A stretch of 42,342 bases of DNA from a bacterium UBP1_UBA4783 (GCA_002403075.1 DHHB01000033.1:198-42539); one strand, 5' to 3'; shown: positions 19,407-30,988, counted from the first letter of the stretch. The notes: generated from the sequence alone by a model not told the origin. Made by a program: numbers and translations.

Positions 19407-21328
19407 GTCGCACCTCCTCCGCGAAGCCTCGGTCCCGCGGTGCGAGCGTCTCCTTCCCGGCGCGTGAACCCCTCCCGGTCGAGATGCTCGAGCAGGGGCA
19501 CCGCGAACTTCCGCGAGAAACCGAAGAGCTCCTTGACGTCTCCCACGGAGAGCGAACCTCTCTCCGCGATCCGGGCGCCGATCGAGTCGATCATGCGGCC
19601 CCAGTGCTCGGCGTGCAGGTATCCGTCGGAGGAGACGCGGACGGCCGATCCCTGCTCCGCGAGAATGTGCAGATACGAGGCGAGCCGTTTCTCGTCCGGC
19701 ACGATCGCGAGAAGATCCGCCCGCGAAGCGAACTCGAAGCCGCCGTTCCGGATCCTCTCCTCGAGGCGCTCGAGCGCCGCGCGGTCGGCGGGCGAAAGCC
19801 GCCGCTCCCCGCCGCCCGCGTTCACGCGCCCTCCCTTGAAAAAGAGCGTTCCCGCGGCCCGGCCCCGCTCGACGAGATACTCGAACAGGGGGCTCCCCGC
19901 GAGCCCCGACCGCGTCCTGAGCTCCTCGCGATCGACTCCCCAGAGGAGCGGATTCTCCGCCGACATCCGTGCGATGAGGTCGTGGAGCGCGCGCTCCGAC
20001 GCGCCGGCCGACGCCGCGTCGAAGATACGGCCGTCGATCGAGAGGAGTCCTCCCGCGCCTTCGAGCGACCGAACGGCCGAGGCGCCGTCCGAGGCCGAGA
20101 ACCCGTAGCGCGGAAGCATCGAGACGGGGAATCCCGCCGGGCCGGCCGACGCCGCGAGCGCGAGCGCCGCCTCCCCGGCCGCGCCCCGGTCGAGAGCGCC
20201 GAGAAGCGCGGCGGTCGCCGCGGCAGCGTGCAGCCTGAACTTCGGCGGATTGGGATCGAGAACCGTTCCGCCGCCGATGACGCGCTGGGGCGAATACGAG
20301 CGGACGATGAACCGGTCCCCGCGGCGGGCGACGGCGGGCTTCTCGAGACGAAGCTGCACGTAGCCGGAGCCGCCCGCGGGGATCGTTCCCCCTTCGAGCA
20401 CGACGACCCTCCCGATGATCTCGGAGGCGGCGTGGTGGAAGCGGATCCGGCGGCGGGTCTTGACGCCGTCGCCGGCGAGCTTCGACACCTCGAGGCGCGC
20501 GTTCACCATGAGGGAGCCTTCGAGCGCGCCGGGGGCGAGGATCTGGCTCCCGATCTCCGTCTCCTCCACTTTGACGCCGTGGAGCGCGAGCGCCGTCCGC
20601 ATCCCGGCGGAGGCGGCCTCGAGGGAGCGGTCGAAGCTGTGCACCTCGCGCACCCGCACCGTCCGCGCGAGCGGCTCGACGACGAGCTCGTCCCCCTTGC
20701 GGACCTCGCCGCTCCAGACCGTTCCCGTGACGATCGTGCCGATGCCGCTGCGCGTCCACGCCCGGTCGACCGGCATACGGAAGAAGTCCGCGGCCTCGCG
20801 CGCCCCGAGCGCGAGCGCCTGCGCGCGGAGCCGCGCGCGGAGATCGTCGAGCCCCGCCCCCGTCACGGCGGAGGTGCGCACGACCGGCGCGCCCGCGAAG
20901 GGCGTTCCGGCCGTAAGCTCGCGGACCTCGCCCTCGACGAGCGAGCAGAGCTCCTCGTCCGAAAGGTCGATCTTCGTGATGGCGACGACGAGCCCCTTCA
21001 CGCCGAGGAGCCTGAGCACCTCGAAGTGCTCGAGCGTTTGGGGCATGACCCCTTCGTCCGCAGCGACGACGAGGAGCGCGAGATCGATACCGACCGCCCC
21101 CGACACCATCGTCTTCACGAACCGCTCGTGCCCCGGCACGTCGACGACGGCCGCGGTGATCCCCTCGCCGAGATCGATCGGGGCGAAGCCGAGCACGATC
21201 GAGATGCCGCGCTCCTTCTCCTCCCGGAGACGGTCGGTGTCGCGTCCGGTGAGAGCCTTGACGATCTCGGTCTTGCCGTGATCGACGTGACCGGAGGTTC
21301 CGATGATGAGTTTCCGTTCGCCGCTCAT
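19403..21328 (-). CDS. selB: Selenocysteine-specific elongation factor
   Basis: GTSGHVDHGKT, DRLREEKERGISI, DVPGHERFVK, C-terminal winged helix SRKFAVPLLEHLD. Confidence 0.95.
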   Translation of the reverse strand: MSGERKLIIGTSGHVDHGKTEIVKALTGRDTDRLREEKERGISIVLGFAPIDLGEGITAAVVDVPGHERFVKTMVSGAVGIDLALLVVAADEGVMPQTLEHFEVLRLLGVKGLVVAITKIDLSDEELCSLVEGEVRELTAGTPFAGAPVVRTSAVTGAGLDDLRARLRAQALALGAREAADFFRMPVDRAWTRSGIGTIVTGTVWSGEVRKGDELVVEPLARTVRVREVHSFDRSLEAASAGMRTALALHGVKVEETEIGSQILAPGALEGSLMVNARLEVSKLAGDGVKTRRRIRFHHAASEIIGRVVVLEGGTIPAGGSGYVQLRLEKPAVARRGDRFIVRSYSPQRVIGGGTVLDPNPPKFRLHAAAATAALLGALDRGAAGEAALALAASAGPAGFPVSMLPRYGFSASDGASAVRSLEGAGGLLSIDGRIFDAASAGASERALHDLIARMSAENPLLWGVDREELRTRSGLAGSPLFEYLVERGRAAGTLFFKGGRVNAGGGERRLSPADRAALERLEERIRNGGFEFASRADLLAIVPDEKRLASYLHILAEQGSAVRVSSDGYLHAEHWGRMIDSIGARIAERGSLSVGDVKELFGFSRKFAVPLLEHLDREGFTRREGDARTAGPRLRGGGAT

Positions 21329-21375
21329 GGTACGCGCTCCGGCGCCCCGCCGCGGGCGGCGGATCCCGGCGGCCG

Positions 21376-22629
21376 CTACTCGGCGACCCGCCGGATCCTC
21401 GCCCCGAGACGCCCGAGCTTCTCCTCGATCCGTTCGTAGCCGCGATCGATGTGATAGACGCGAAGGATCTTCGTCTCCCCCTCCGCGGCGAGGGCGGCGA
21501 GTATCAGCGCCGAGCTCGCCCGGATGTCGGTGGCCATGACGGGCGCCCCCTCGAGGCGCGAAACGCCCGTGACGACGGCGACGTTGCCGTCCCGCGCGAT
21601 CTTCGCCCCGAACCGGCAGAGCTCGGGGACGTGGGTGAAGCGGTCGGGGTAGACGCGGTCGACGACCGTGCTCGTCCCGTCCGCGATCGAGAGCAGCGCC
21701 ATGATCTGCGCCTGCATGTCGGTCGGAAAGCCGGGATAGAACCCCGTCTCGACGTTCGACGCCCGGACGCGCCCGGGGCCCGCGACCGTCATCGCGCCGC
21801 CCGCGCGGGATATCTCGGCCCCGCACTCGCGGAGCGTGTCGACGACGGCCCCGAGGTGGTCCGGATCGCACCCTTCGATCTCGATCCGGCCGCCCGTGAT
21901 CGCCGCCGCGGCGGCGAACGTCCCCGCCTCGATGCGGTCGGGGATCACGCGGTGCGCGAACGGCGCTATCGCCGCGACGCCGTCGATCACGACGCGGGAG
22001 GTTCCCTCCCCCTCGATGCGGGCGCCCCCCGCGCGCAGCGCGCGGGCGAGCTCGGCGATCTCCGGTTCCCGCGCGGCGTTCTCGATCGTCGTGCGCCCTT
22101 CGGCGAGAACGGCGGCCATCATGATGTTCACCGTCGCCCCGACGCTCGGGATCGCGAGGTTCACCTCCGCGCCCCGCAGCCGCTCGGCCGTCGCGTTGAT
22201 GTAGCCGTGCTCGATCTTAATGCGCGCGCCCAGCGCGGCGAGACCGCGCAAGTGCAGATCGATCGGACGCGGCCCCCAGGCGCAGCCGCCGGGCATGGAG
22301 ACGCGCGCCGTGCCGAAGCGCGCGAGCAGCGGTCCGAAGGCGTAGATCGAGGCCCGCATCGTCCGCACGATCTCGTAGGGCGCCTCGAACGATTCGACGC
22401 GGGAGGCGTCGATCGCGAGGCGTCCCCCCTCGAGCGACGCGCGGACGCCGAATCCCGAGAGAAGCTGCATCATCGTGCGCGTGTCCCTGAGATCGGGAAC
22501 GTTCTCGAGCTCGCACGTTCCCGTCGTGAGGAGAGACGCCGCCATGAGGGGGAGCATGGCGTTCTTCGCGCCGCCGATCCGGACCGAGCCCTCGAGACGG
22601 CACGGTCCCGTTATGTGGAAGCTGTCCAT
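21376..22629 (-). CDS. murA: UDP-N-acetylglucosamine 1-carboxyvinyltransferase
   Basis: GAKNA, MRASI, PGGCAWGPRPIDLH, AAREPEI, PDRIEAGT, FPTDMQAQ, HIDRGYE. Confidence 0.97.
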   Translation of the reverse strand: MDSFHITGPCRLEGSVRIGGAKNAMLPLMAASLLTTGTCELENVPDLRDTRTMMQLLSGFGVRASLEGGRLAIDASRVESFEAPYEIVRTMRASIYAFGPLLARFGTARVSMPGGCAWGPRPIDLHLRGLAALGARIKIEHGYINATAERLRGAEVNLAIPSVGATVNIMMAAVLAEGRTTIENAAREPEIAELARALRAGGARIEGEGTSRVVIDGVAAIAPFAHRVIPDRIEAGTFAAAAAITGGRIEIEGCDPDHLGAVVDTLRECGAEISRAGGAMTVAGPGRVRASNVETGFYPGFPTDMQAQIMALLSIADGTSTVVDRVYPDRFTHVPELCRFGAKIARDGNVAVVTGVSRLEGAPVMATDIRASSALILAALAAEGETKILRVYHIDRGYERIEEKLGRLGARIRRVAE

Positions 22630-23519
22630 GCCGTTCCGTCCTCCCCGGGCGCGAACGCCGTCACGGTCCGTTCGAGCCTGTTGTAATCGCGCCGCACCTC
22701 GATCCTCTCGAGCCCCGCCGCGGCGAAGATCCCGGCGACCGCGCTCCCCTGGCCGTCGCCGATCTCGACCGCGGCGAGCCCGCCGGGACGCAGCAGCCGC
22801 GCGGCCGCCGCCGCGATCGCGGGATAGAATCGCGTGCCGTCCTCTCCGCCGTCGAGCGCCGCGCGGGCCTCCCAGCGCGATACCTCCGGAGCGAGACCGT
22901 CGATGTCGCCGCTTCTCACGTAGGGCGGATTCGACGCGACGACGTCGAAACGCCGGCCGCCGGCGACGGCGTCGAACGAGTCCGCGACGAAGAGATCGAC
23001 CCGGTCCCCCGCGCCGAGCGCTCGGATATTCTCCCTCGCGCACGACACCGCCGCCTGTGAGACGTCGAACGCCGCTCCGCGCCAGGCCGGGTGCCCCGCC
23101 GCAAGGCTCCCCGAAACGACGCCGGAACCGACGCCGAGCTCGAGGAAACGGGCCTCCCCGCGCTCGCCGGCGAGCGCCTCGATCCGCTCGACGAGAAGCT
23201 CGGTCTCGGGCCGCGGAATGAAGACGCCTTCGCGCACCCGGAAGGGGAGCGAGACGAATTCGATTTCACCGATGATGTACTGGAGCGGGTAGCGCTCGCC
23301 GCGGCGCCGCAGATCCCCGCGCATCGCCTCGAGGGCGTTCGGTTCGACGTCGCGATCGAATCGCAGGTAGAGATCGAGCCGCGAACACCCCAGCCGACGC
23401 GCGAGGAGGTGCTCCGCGCTCAGACGCGCCCCCTCGACGCCGCGCCCCGCGAGGTAGGCCTCGGAGAGCCGCAGCGCCTCGAGAACCGTCACCCTCTTCA
23501 CGGATTCCGTCCGCCGCAT
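22611..23519 (-). CDS. prmC: Release factor glutamine methyltransferase
   Basis: PLQYIIG, FIPRPETE, LELGVGSG, SNPPY, ALDGGEDG. Confidence 0.95.
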   Translation of the reverse strand: MRRTESVKRVTVLEALRLSEAYLAGRGVEGARLSAEHLLARRLGCSRLDLYLRFDRDVEPNALEAMRGDLRRRGERYPLQYIIGEIEFVSLPFRVREGVFIPRPETELLVERIEALAGERGEARFLELGVGSGVVSGSLAAGHPAWRGAAFDVSQAAVSCARENIRALGAGDRVDLFVADSFDAVAGGRRFDVVASNPPYVRSGDIDGLAPEVSRWEARAALDGGEDGTRFYPAIAAAAARLLRPGGLAAVEIGDGQGSAVAGIFAAAGLERIEVRRDYNRLERTVTAFAPGEDGTAWTAST

Positions 23520-23520
23520 C

Positions 23521-24618
<1,098 letters not shown>

Positions 24619-24688
24619 GGACGCTCCGTTCGGACGCGGCGTACGCGCACCGGCGCGCCGCCGGGGAACAACTGTAGCGGATGAACGG

Positions 24689-25660
24689 CTAGGAAGCCAC
24701 AGGATTCTCGGAGAGACACGCGTCGAGCGCGGCGATCGCCACCTCGACCTGGCCGGCGTCCGGCTCCTTCGTCGTGAGCCTCTGGAGCGCGAGCCCGGGC
24801 AGCACGAGCGGCGCGAAGTACCGGCGCGCCCCCGGCCGCGCGGAGAGCTTGAGCAGCTCGTAGGAGACGCCGCCGATCACGGGGATGAAGGCGAAGCGAA
24901 GCAGCTTTTCCCCGATCGTGTCCGGTCGCCCGAGCACCATGAAGACGAGGACGCTCACGACGACCACGAGCAGCAGGAAGCTCGTCGAGCACCGCGCGTG
25001 CGTCGTCGGGTAGGCGCGCGTGTTCTCGAGCGTCGCCGCCCCGTGGGCCTCGAACGCCGCGATCGCCTTGTGCTCGGCGCCGTGGTATTCGAATATCCGC
25101 CGCATCTCCTTCCAGCGGGTGATGAGCACGATGTAGACGAGGAGAAACGCGAGCCGGATGACTCCGTCGACGAGATTGAACAGCACGCCGCCGCGAAGCC
25201 CGGTGAGCTCCGTGAGAACGAGCGGGATGTAAAAGAAGATCGCGAATCCGAGGAGGAACGCGGCGGCGAGCGTCGCCGCGATGGATAGGGCGGAAAGACC
25301 TTTTCCGCGAGCCGTGCCCCGGCTCTCGGCGGGCGCGATCCCCGCCGGGCCCGTCCCCGCTTCGGCGCCATCCTTCCCGGCTCCCGCGGCGCCCGGCTCC
25401 GCGGAGGCGATCTCCGCCGAGTAGGAGAGCGCCTTGACGGCGACGACGAAGGTCTCCACGAACGCGACGGCGCCGCGGACGATCGGCACGCCCAGAAGCC
25501 GGTGGCGCTTGACGAGGCTCGTGAAGGGCTCTCGTTTCACGACGATGCCTTCCGGGGTCCGCACGGCCGTCGCGATGCAGGTCGGGGACCGCATCATCAC
25601 GCCCTCGATGACGGCCTGGCCGCCGACCTGAAGGCGTTTTCTCTCCTGAGCGTCGGACAT
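24689..25660 (-). CDS. DUF1385 (YqhQ-like) membrane protein
   Basis: [38 protein letters not shown]; between rpmE and prfA. Confidence 0.88.
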   Translation of the reverse strand: MSDAQERKRLQVGGQAVIEGVMMRSPTCIATAVRTPEGIVVKREPFTSLVKRHRLLGVPIVRGAVAFVETFVVAVKALSYSAEIASAEPGAAGAGKDGAEAGTGPAGIAPAESRGTARGKGLSALSIAATLAAAFLLGFAIFFYIPLVLTELTGLRGGVLFNLVDGVIRLAFLLVYIVLITRWKEMRRIFEYHGAEHKAIAAFEAHGAATLENTRAYPTTHARCSTSFLLLVVVVSVLVFMVLGRPDTIGEKLLRFAFIPVIGGVSYELLKLSARPGARRYFAPLVLPGLALQRLTTKEPDAGQVEVAIAALDACLSENPVAS

Positions 25661-25705
25661 GGTCCACCGTTCGCGCGTTCGGGCAGACACGTGCGCGGGG
25701 AGGAG

Positions 25706-25939
25706 TTATTTGCCGGCGTCCTTGCCGCCCTGCTTTTTGCGGTAATCGCCGAACTTGCGATGGAACCGCTCGACGCGGCCGGCGGTGTCGATGAGCTTCT
25801 GCTTGCCGGTGAAGAAGGGGTGGCACCGGGAACAAATCTCCACGTGGATGTCCTGCTGAGTGGAGGACGTCTCGATCACGTTGCCGCAGATGCAGGTGAT
25901 CTTGGTCTTCTTGTAGTCGGGGTGGATTTCCTTTTTCAT
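25706..25939 (-). CDS. rpmE: 50S ribosomal protein L31 (Zn-binding type)
   Basis: [32 protein letters not shown]. Confidence 0.97.
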   Translation of the reverse strand: MKKEIHPDYKKTKITCICGNVIETSSTQQDIHVEICSRCHPFFTGKQKLIDTAGRVERFHRKFGDYRKKQGGKDAGK

Positions 25940-26001
25940 GACGAACGCTCCTCGAACTGCTTTCTCCATCGCGCCGGTCCGGACGGCCGGCGCGCCGTAT
26001 C

Positions 26002-26030
26002 AGTATATCACGGATAGCGGTTAAATGTAA
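26002..26030 (-). promoter_or_regulatory. Putative sigma-70 promoter of the rpmE operon
   Basis: TTACAT-17 bp-TATACT with an extended -10 TG. Confidence 0.6.
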
Positions 26031-26077
26031 TAACCGGCGGCGGGAAACACAAACCCAAATTTCGCGCCCCGGGCTCC

Positions 26078-27325
26078 CTAGGCGTTCATCGACTGAAGGA
26101 ACTTCTGGTTCGATTTCGTCTTGGAGATCTTCTCGAGGAGGAACTCCATCGCCTCGACGACGTTCTTGTCGCTGAGGAACTTGCGCAGGATATAGACCTT
26201 GCTCAGCACCTTGTCCGGCAGGAGGAGCTCCTCCTTGCGCGTGCCGGAGCGGAAGATGTCGATCGCGGGGAATACGCGCTTGTCGGCGAGCCGGCGATCG
26301 AGCACGATCTCGAGGTTGCCCGTGCCTTTGAACTCCTCGAAGATCACCTCGTCCATGCGGCTCCCGGTCTCGATGAGGGCGGTCGCGATGATCGTGAGGC
26401 TCCCCTCCTCCTCGGTGTTCCGCGCGGCGCCGAAGAACCGCTTCGGCCGCTGGAGGGCGTTCGAATCGACGCCGCCGGAGAGGATCTTGCCCGAATGCGG
26501 GACGACGGCGTTGTGGGCGCGCGCGAGACGCGTGAGGCTGTCGAGGAGTATGACGACGTCGCGCCCGTGCTCGACGAGGCGCTTCGCCTTCTCGATCACC
26601 ATGTCGGCGACCTGCACGTGCCGGTCGGCCGGCTCGTCGAAGGTCGAGCTGATGACCTCCCCCTTTACGGAACGCTCCATGTCGGTGACCTCTTCCGGCC
26701 GCTCGTCGATGAGGAGCACGATGAGGTAGACCTCGGGGTGATTGGTCGTGATCGAGTTCGCGATCTTCTGCATGATGATCGTTTTCCCCGCCCGGGGCGG
26801 CGAGACGATGAGACCGCGCTGTCCCTTGCCGATCGGCGTGAGAAGGTTCATGAGGCGGGTGGAGAGATCGTCGGGATCGTGCTCGAGATTGATGATCTCG
26901 TTCGGGTAGAGCGGCGTGAGGTTGTCGAAGAGGGTCTTCGCCTTCAGGTGCTCCGGGCTGTCGGCGTTCACGGCCTCGACCTTGAGGAGCGCGAAGTAGC
27001 GCTCCGATTCCTTCGGGGCGCGCACCTGGCCGGAAACGGTGTCTCCGGTCCGGAGATCGAATTTCTTGATCTGCGAGGGCGAAACGTAGATGTCGTCCGG
27101 ACCCGGGAGGTAGTTGTAGCTCGCCGAGCGGAGGAAGCCGTACCCCTCGGGAAGCACCTGAAGCACGCCCTCCGCCATGATGAGACCGTTCTGCTGCGCC
27201 TGCGCCTCGAGGATCCGGAATATGATCTCCTGCTTGCGCATGCTGCTGATGCCCTCGATGTTGAGCCCCGTCGCTATCTCGATGAGCTCCTCGATCCGCT
27301 TCGATTTGAGTTCCGCTATTTCCAT
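26078..27325 (-). CDS. rho: Transcription termination factor Rho
   Basis: [51 protein letters not shown]; short N-terminus without an insertion. Confidence 0.98.
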   Translation of the reverse strand: MEIAELKSKRIEELIEIATGLNIEGISSMRKQEIIFRILEAQAQQNGLIMAEGVLQVLPEGYGFLRSASYNYLPGPDDIYVSPSQIKKFDLRTGDTVSGQVRAPKESERYFALLKVEAVNADSPEHLKAKTLFDNLTPLYPNEIINLEHDPDDLSTRLMNLLTPIGKGQRGLIVSPPRAGKTIIMQKIANSITTNHPEVYLIVLLIDERPEEVTDMERSVKGEVISSTFDEPADRHVQVADMVIEKAKRLVEHGRDVVILLDSLTRLARAHNAVVPHSGKILSGGVDSNALQRPKRFFGAARNTEEEGSLTIIATALIETGSRMDEVIFEEFKGTGNLEIVLDRRLADKRVFPAIDIFRSGTRKEELLLPDKVLSKVYILRKFLSDKNVVEAMEFLLEKISKTKSNQKFLQSMNA

Positions 27326-27612
27326 ACGCCCAGACCTCTCCTTTGATTCGCTTGCCGCGCCTCGCGCTTCGCGCCGCGGGCGCGCCCTGCGGCCGTTCGC
27401 GGCCGCGCGAACGTCCCGCGCGGCCTTTCGCCGCCCCCTGTAACTACATCCCGTTGCACCGGTCAGAACTGAGAATTCGGTAAGTATCTCAAAACCGGCT
27501 GGTCAATTGATCTTGATTGCTGGCTGGACTCCGTCCCGACCCAAACCGTTTCACGCTGTCGCGAAGAAAACCGAACGGTGACGTTTGATGACTGCGTTCC
27601 GAATCCGTCGAT

Positions 27613-27641
27613 AATCTATAGCGTCGAATACCCCCTGTCAA
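27613..27641 (-). promoter_or_regulatory. Sigma-70 promoter upstream of rho
   Basis: TTGACA-17 bp-TAGATT, about 285 bp before the rho ATG. Confidence 0.7.
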
Positions 27642-27690
27642 TACGCGAGTATCGCAGACAACGTTCCCTATCGCCCGCCGCGGGAAGGCG

Positions 27691-27716
27691 GGCGGGGCCG
27701 GCGATCCGGCCCCGCC
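27691..27716 (-). terminator. Strong hairpin after the TPR gene (possible terminator or 3' stabiliser)
   Basis: Perfect 11-bp stem GGCGGGGCCGG-CGAT-CCGGCCCCGCC, 12 bp past the stop; no U-tract. Confidence 0.35.
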
Positions 27717-27728
27717 GAATCACGGCCG

Positions 27729-28778
27729 CTACTGGGAGAGCTCCTGGAATTTCCTCGCCGCGTCCTCGGCCTTGAGCTTCATGCCCTTCTTGCTGTACGC
27801 GAGGCTCAGTATCCGCCAGCCGTTCGGGTCGTCCCCCCATTTATCGGTGTACTGCTGCCCCTGGACGATCGCGTCGTCGTAGAGCTCGCACTGGTAATAC
27901 GAGAGGAGAATGCTGTAGTTGCCGGCTTTGTTCTCGGGCTCTATGTCGAGGGCGCTCTGATAGGCCTCGATCGCCTGCGTGCAGTTCTTGGCGTTGAAAT
28001 ACGCCACGCCGAGGTCGTAGTACGTGGCGAAGTTCTCGGAGTTCGTCTTCTTCCGCCCCTCGACGGCCATCTGCAGAAACAGCGCGCCGTTCTCCCAATC
28101 CCGCTTGGCGAGGAAGTCGCCGCCGACGACCTCGACGACCTCGTAGTTGGCCGGATCGTCGAGCAGGAGCTTCTCGAATATCGTCACGGCCTTATCCCGC
28201 TCGCCGCGCCTCACCATGACCTGCCCGGAGAGGGCGAGCACGTTCGCGTATTCCTCGTCCTGCTCGGTCGTTTTGGCGATCAGCGTGTCGATCGTTTCGT
28301 AGGCGTGCACGAGATAGGTGGTGTCGTTGTCGCTCATCGCGTAGTAGACCTTGGCGAGGTTGAGCCACCCCTTGACCTGCCGCGGATCCGCCTGCGTCGT
28401 GAGCTCGAACTCGTGGGCGGCGCCGGCCATGTTTTCCGTCTGGAACTCGCTCAGCCCCTGGTTGAAATGCCGGGCCCAGTTCGATTTGATGTTCGTCTCG
28501 GCGTCGGCGATCTTTTTCGGGTTGAGCTCGGCGGCCTTCATGAACTCCGCGTAGGCGCCCTTCATTTCCCCCGTGTAGCTGTACGCGATGCCGAGCTGGA
28601 AATGAGCCTCCGCGTCCAAGGGATTTTTCTCGATCGCGAGCTTCGACATCTCGATCGCCTTGGGGTAGTTGCCGTGCTCGTTATGAAGCATCGCGCTCGT
28701 CGTCTCGACGCTCTTGCACGAGTACACGGCGAGGAGCGAAACGACCAGCAACGCGACGATCCCGCTTCTCGTTCTCAT
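27729..28778 (-). CDS. TPR-repeat lipoprotein
   Basis: MRTRSGIVALLVVSLLAVYS-C lipoprotein-like signal; TPR units (AEAHFQLGIAY, ATYYDLGVAYF); AAGGAGG RBS. Confidence 0.85.
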   Translation of the reverse strand: MRTRSGIVALLVVSLLAVYSCKSVETTSAMLHNEHGNYPKAIEMSKLAIEKNPLDAEAHFQLGIAYSYTGEMKGAYAEFMKAAELNPKKIADAETNIKSNWARHFNQGLSEFQTENMAGAAHEFELTTQADPRQVKGWLNLAKVYYAMSDNDTTYLVHAYETIDTLIAKTTEQDEEYANVLALSGQVMVRRGERDKAVTIFEKLLLDDPANYEVVEVVGGDFLAKRDWENGALFLQMAVEGRKKTNSENFATYYDLGVAYFNAKNCTQAIEAYQSALDIEPENKAGNYSILLSYYQCELYDDAIVQGQQYTDKWGDDPNGWRILSLAYSKKGMKLKAEDAARKFQELSQ

Positions 28779-28955
28779 CTGGCAGACGCCTCCTTCCGTA
28801 CAGAACCGTTCGAACCGTATATCTCGACGGGCTCCGGCAGATTCGACTGCATCCGGTCTGCGCCCTGAATGTGCCCGGGGGTTCCTCCTGGATACGCGGT
28901 GCGCGGCCTCTCGCTCGTCCGGCCGCCGAGGGTGGATCTCCTGTCCTTCGGTCGA

Positions 28956-28984
28956 AAGGTACCAAGCCGGGGCGGCCCTGTCAA
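28956..28984 (-). promoter_or_regulatory. Sigma-70 promoter of the TPR lipoprotein gene
   Basis: TTGACA-17 bp-TACCTT with an extended -10 TG, right after the priA stop. Confidence 0.65.
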
Positions 28985-28987
28985 GCA

Positions 28988-30988
28988 CTATGAGAAGGAG
29001 ACGGGATCGACGTCCCACGAGAGCTCGGCCGGCTTTTCGGCTGCGACGCGTTCGAGCGCGGCCCGCACGGCCTCCCGCCGCAGCTCCACGGAAAGATCCC
29101 CCTTGACGAGAACGTGGAACCGCCACTTCCCCTTGAGGCGCTCGATGAGAGCCGACGTCGGACCGAGCACGGCCGCCGCTCCGCCGACTGCGGCGGCGAT
29201 CGCCTCCCGCGCGGCCGCGGCGGCGGACGCGGCCCGCTCGGCCGAACGGGCCTGAACGGTGAACAGCATGACGGCGCCGGCCGGCGGATAGCCGAGCTGG
29301 CGCCTCATCTCGATCTCCCGCTCGGCGAACCCCTCGTAATCGTGGCGCACGAGGTACTCGTAGAGGTAATGCTCGGGGGCGCGGGTCTGGACGACGACCG
29401 TCCCGCCTTTTTCGCCGCGGCCGGCGCGGCCCGCGGCCTGAAACAGCAGTCGGAACGTTTTTTCCGCCGCGCGGAAATCGGGGAACTGGAGGCCGCGATC
29501 CGCCGCAACGGCGCCGATGAGCGTCACGGAGGGGAAGTGGTGCCCCTTGGCGACCATCTGCGTGCCGACGAGCACGTCGCTCTCCCCCGACGCGAACCGC
29601 TCGAGGACGGCGAGATGGCCGCGCCGCCCCCGCGTCGAATCGAGATCCATTCGGGCGACCCGGACGCCGGGGAGGAGGTTCGCGAGCTCCATCTCGACGC
29701 GCTCGGTGCCGACGCCCCTGTGCACGAGCTTGTACTCCTTGCAGCGCGGGCACGCGTCGGGCACGGCGGCCCGATATCCGCAGTAATGGCACGCGAGCTC
29801 CTGCCGGCGGCCGTGGAACGTGAGGGGGATCGAGCAGTTCGGACAGTGCTCGATCCAGCCGCAGCCGCGGCACTGGATGAAATTCGCGTGCCCCCGGCGG
29901 TTGAGGAGAACGATCGCCTGCTCCTTGCGGGAGAGACATCCCTCGAGCGCGGCGACGAGCTCCGTCGAAAGGATCTCCCGCCTGCCCCGCATGTCGACGA
30001 CGTCGACGCGCGGCATCCCGAGCCCGCCGGGACGCGAGCGGAGCGCGAGGTACCCGAGCTCCCCCCGGCGGGCCGCCTCGTAGGTCTCGAGCGCCGGCGT
30101 CGCGGACCCGAGGAGAAGCACCGCGCCCTCGCGGTCGGCCCGGAAGCGCGCCGCCCGCACCGCGTGGTAGCGGGGCTTGTCCTCCTGCTTGAACGAGGAA
30201 TCCTGCTCCTCGTCGACGACGATGACGCCGAGATCGGCGACCGGCGCGAAGATCGCCGAGCGGGCGCCGACGACGACGCGGATCTCGCCGCGCGACGCCG
30301 CGCGCCAGATGGAGGCCCGCTGGGGACCGGTGACCCGCGAGTGGAGCACCGCGACGGCGTCCGCGAACCGCCGGCGGAACCGCGCGACGGTCTGCGGGAT
30401 GAGCGCGATCTCGGGGATGAGCACGATCGCGCCCCTCCCGCGCGAGAGCGCCTCCTCGATGAGGCGCAGATATATTTCCGTCTTTCCGCTTCCGGTGACG
30501 CCGTGGAGAAGGAAGCGCCCGCCGGCCTCCGCCGCGAGGGCGCCGCGAAGCACCTCGAACGCCGTGCGCTGATCGGGGGTGAGAACCGGGCGGTCCGCGT
30601 CGATGGGAAACGCGCGTTCCCCCTCGTCCGCCGCGCCCGCCCGCCCGGCGCCGCGCACGCCGGCCGGGAGCACCGCGCGCAGCGTCTCTCCGAGCGGACA
30701 CACGTAGTACTCCGCCATCCAGCGGGCGAGGTCGAGCAGGGCGGGGGTGATGAGCGGCTCCTCGTCCACGAGCGCCGCGATCTCCCGGAGCTTCACCGCG
30801 GCGGGCGCCCGGGGCCGGCGGGCGACGACGTACCCGGTGACGCGGCTGCGCCCGAAGGGCACCTGCACGCGCGAACCGGCGCGGATGCGCCCGCGGAGCG
30901 CCGCCGGGACCCGGTAGGTGAACAGCCTGTCCACGGGGTACGGAACGGCGACGTCGACGAGCGCCCATGATGCGGAAACGGCTCCCAT
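28988..30988 (-). CDS. priA: Primosomal protein N'
   Basis: GVTGSGKTE, PEIAL, VDEEQD, GSATP, LNRRG, four CxxC pairs, GTQMVAKG, QAAGRAGR; exact start uncertain (30988 or nearby). Confidence 0.96.
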   Translation of the reverse strand: MGAVSASWALVDVAVPYPVDRLFTYRVPAALRGRIRAGSRVQVPFGRSRVTGYVVARRPRAPAAVKLREIAALVDEEPLITPALLDLARWMAEYYVCPLGETLRAVLPAGVRGAGRAGAADEGERAFPIDADRPVLTPDQRTAFEVLRGALAAEAGGRFLLHGVTGSGKTEIYLRLIEEALSRGRGAIVLIPEIALIPQTVARFRRRFADAVAVLHSRVTGPQRASIWRAASRGEIRVVVGARSAIFAPVADLGVIVVDEEQDSSFKQEDKPRYHAVRAARFRADREGAVLLLGSATPALETYEAARRGELGYLALRSRPGGLGMPRVDVVDMRGRREILSTELVAALEGCLSRKEQAIVLLNRRGHANFIQCRGCGWIEHCPNCSIPLTFHGRRQELACHYCGYRAAVPDACPRCKEYKLVHRGVGTERVEMELANLLPGVRVARMDLDSTRGRRGHLAVLERFASGESDVLVGTQMVAKGHHFPSVTLIGAVAADRGLQFPDFRAAEKTFRLLFQAAGRAGRGEKGGTVVVQTRAPEHYLYEYLVRHDYEGFAEREIEMRRQLGYPPAGAVMLFTVQARSAERAASAAAAAREAIAAAVGGAAAVLGPTSALIERLKGKWRFHVLVKGDLSVELRREAVRAALERVAAEKPAELSWDVDPVSFS

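Noticed and set aside
27729-30968. 1079-aa ORF, and similar long Arg/Gly/Pro-rich N-terminal extensions of M42, dnaB, gmk, ispG, selB, murA and the REC gene
   Set aside because: Off-frame run-ins through the upstream gene; true starts are internal with RBSs, so these are not fusions
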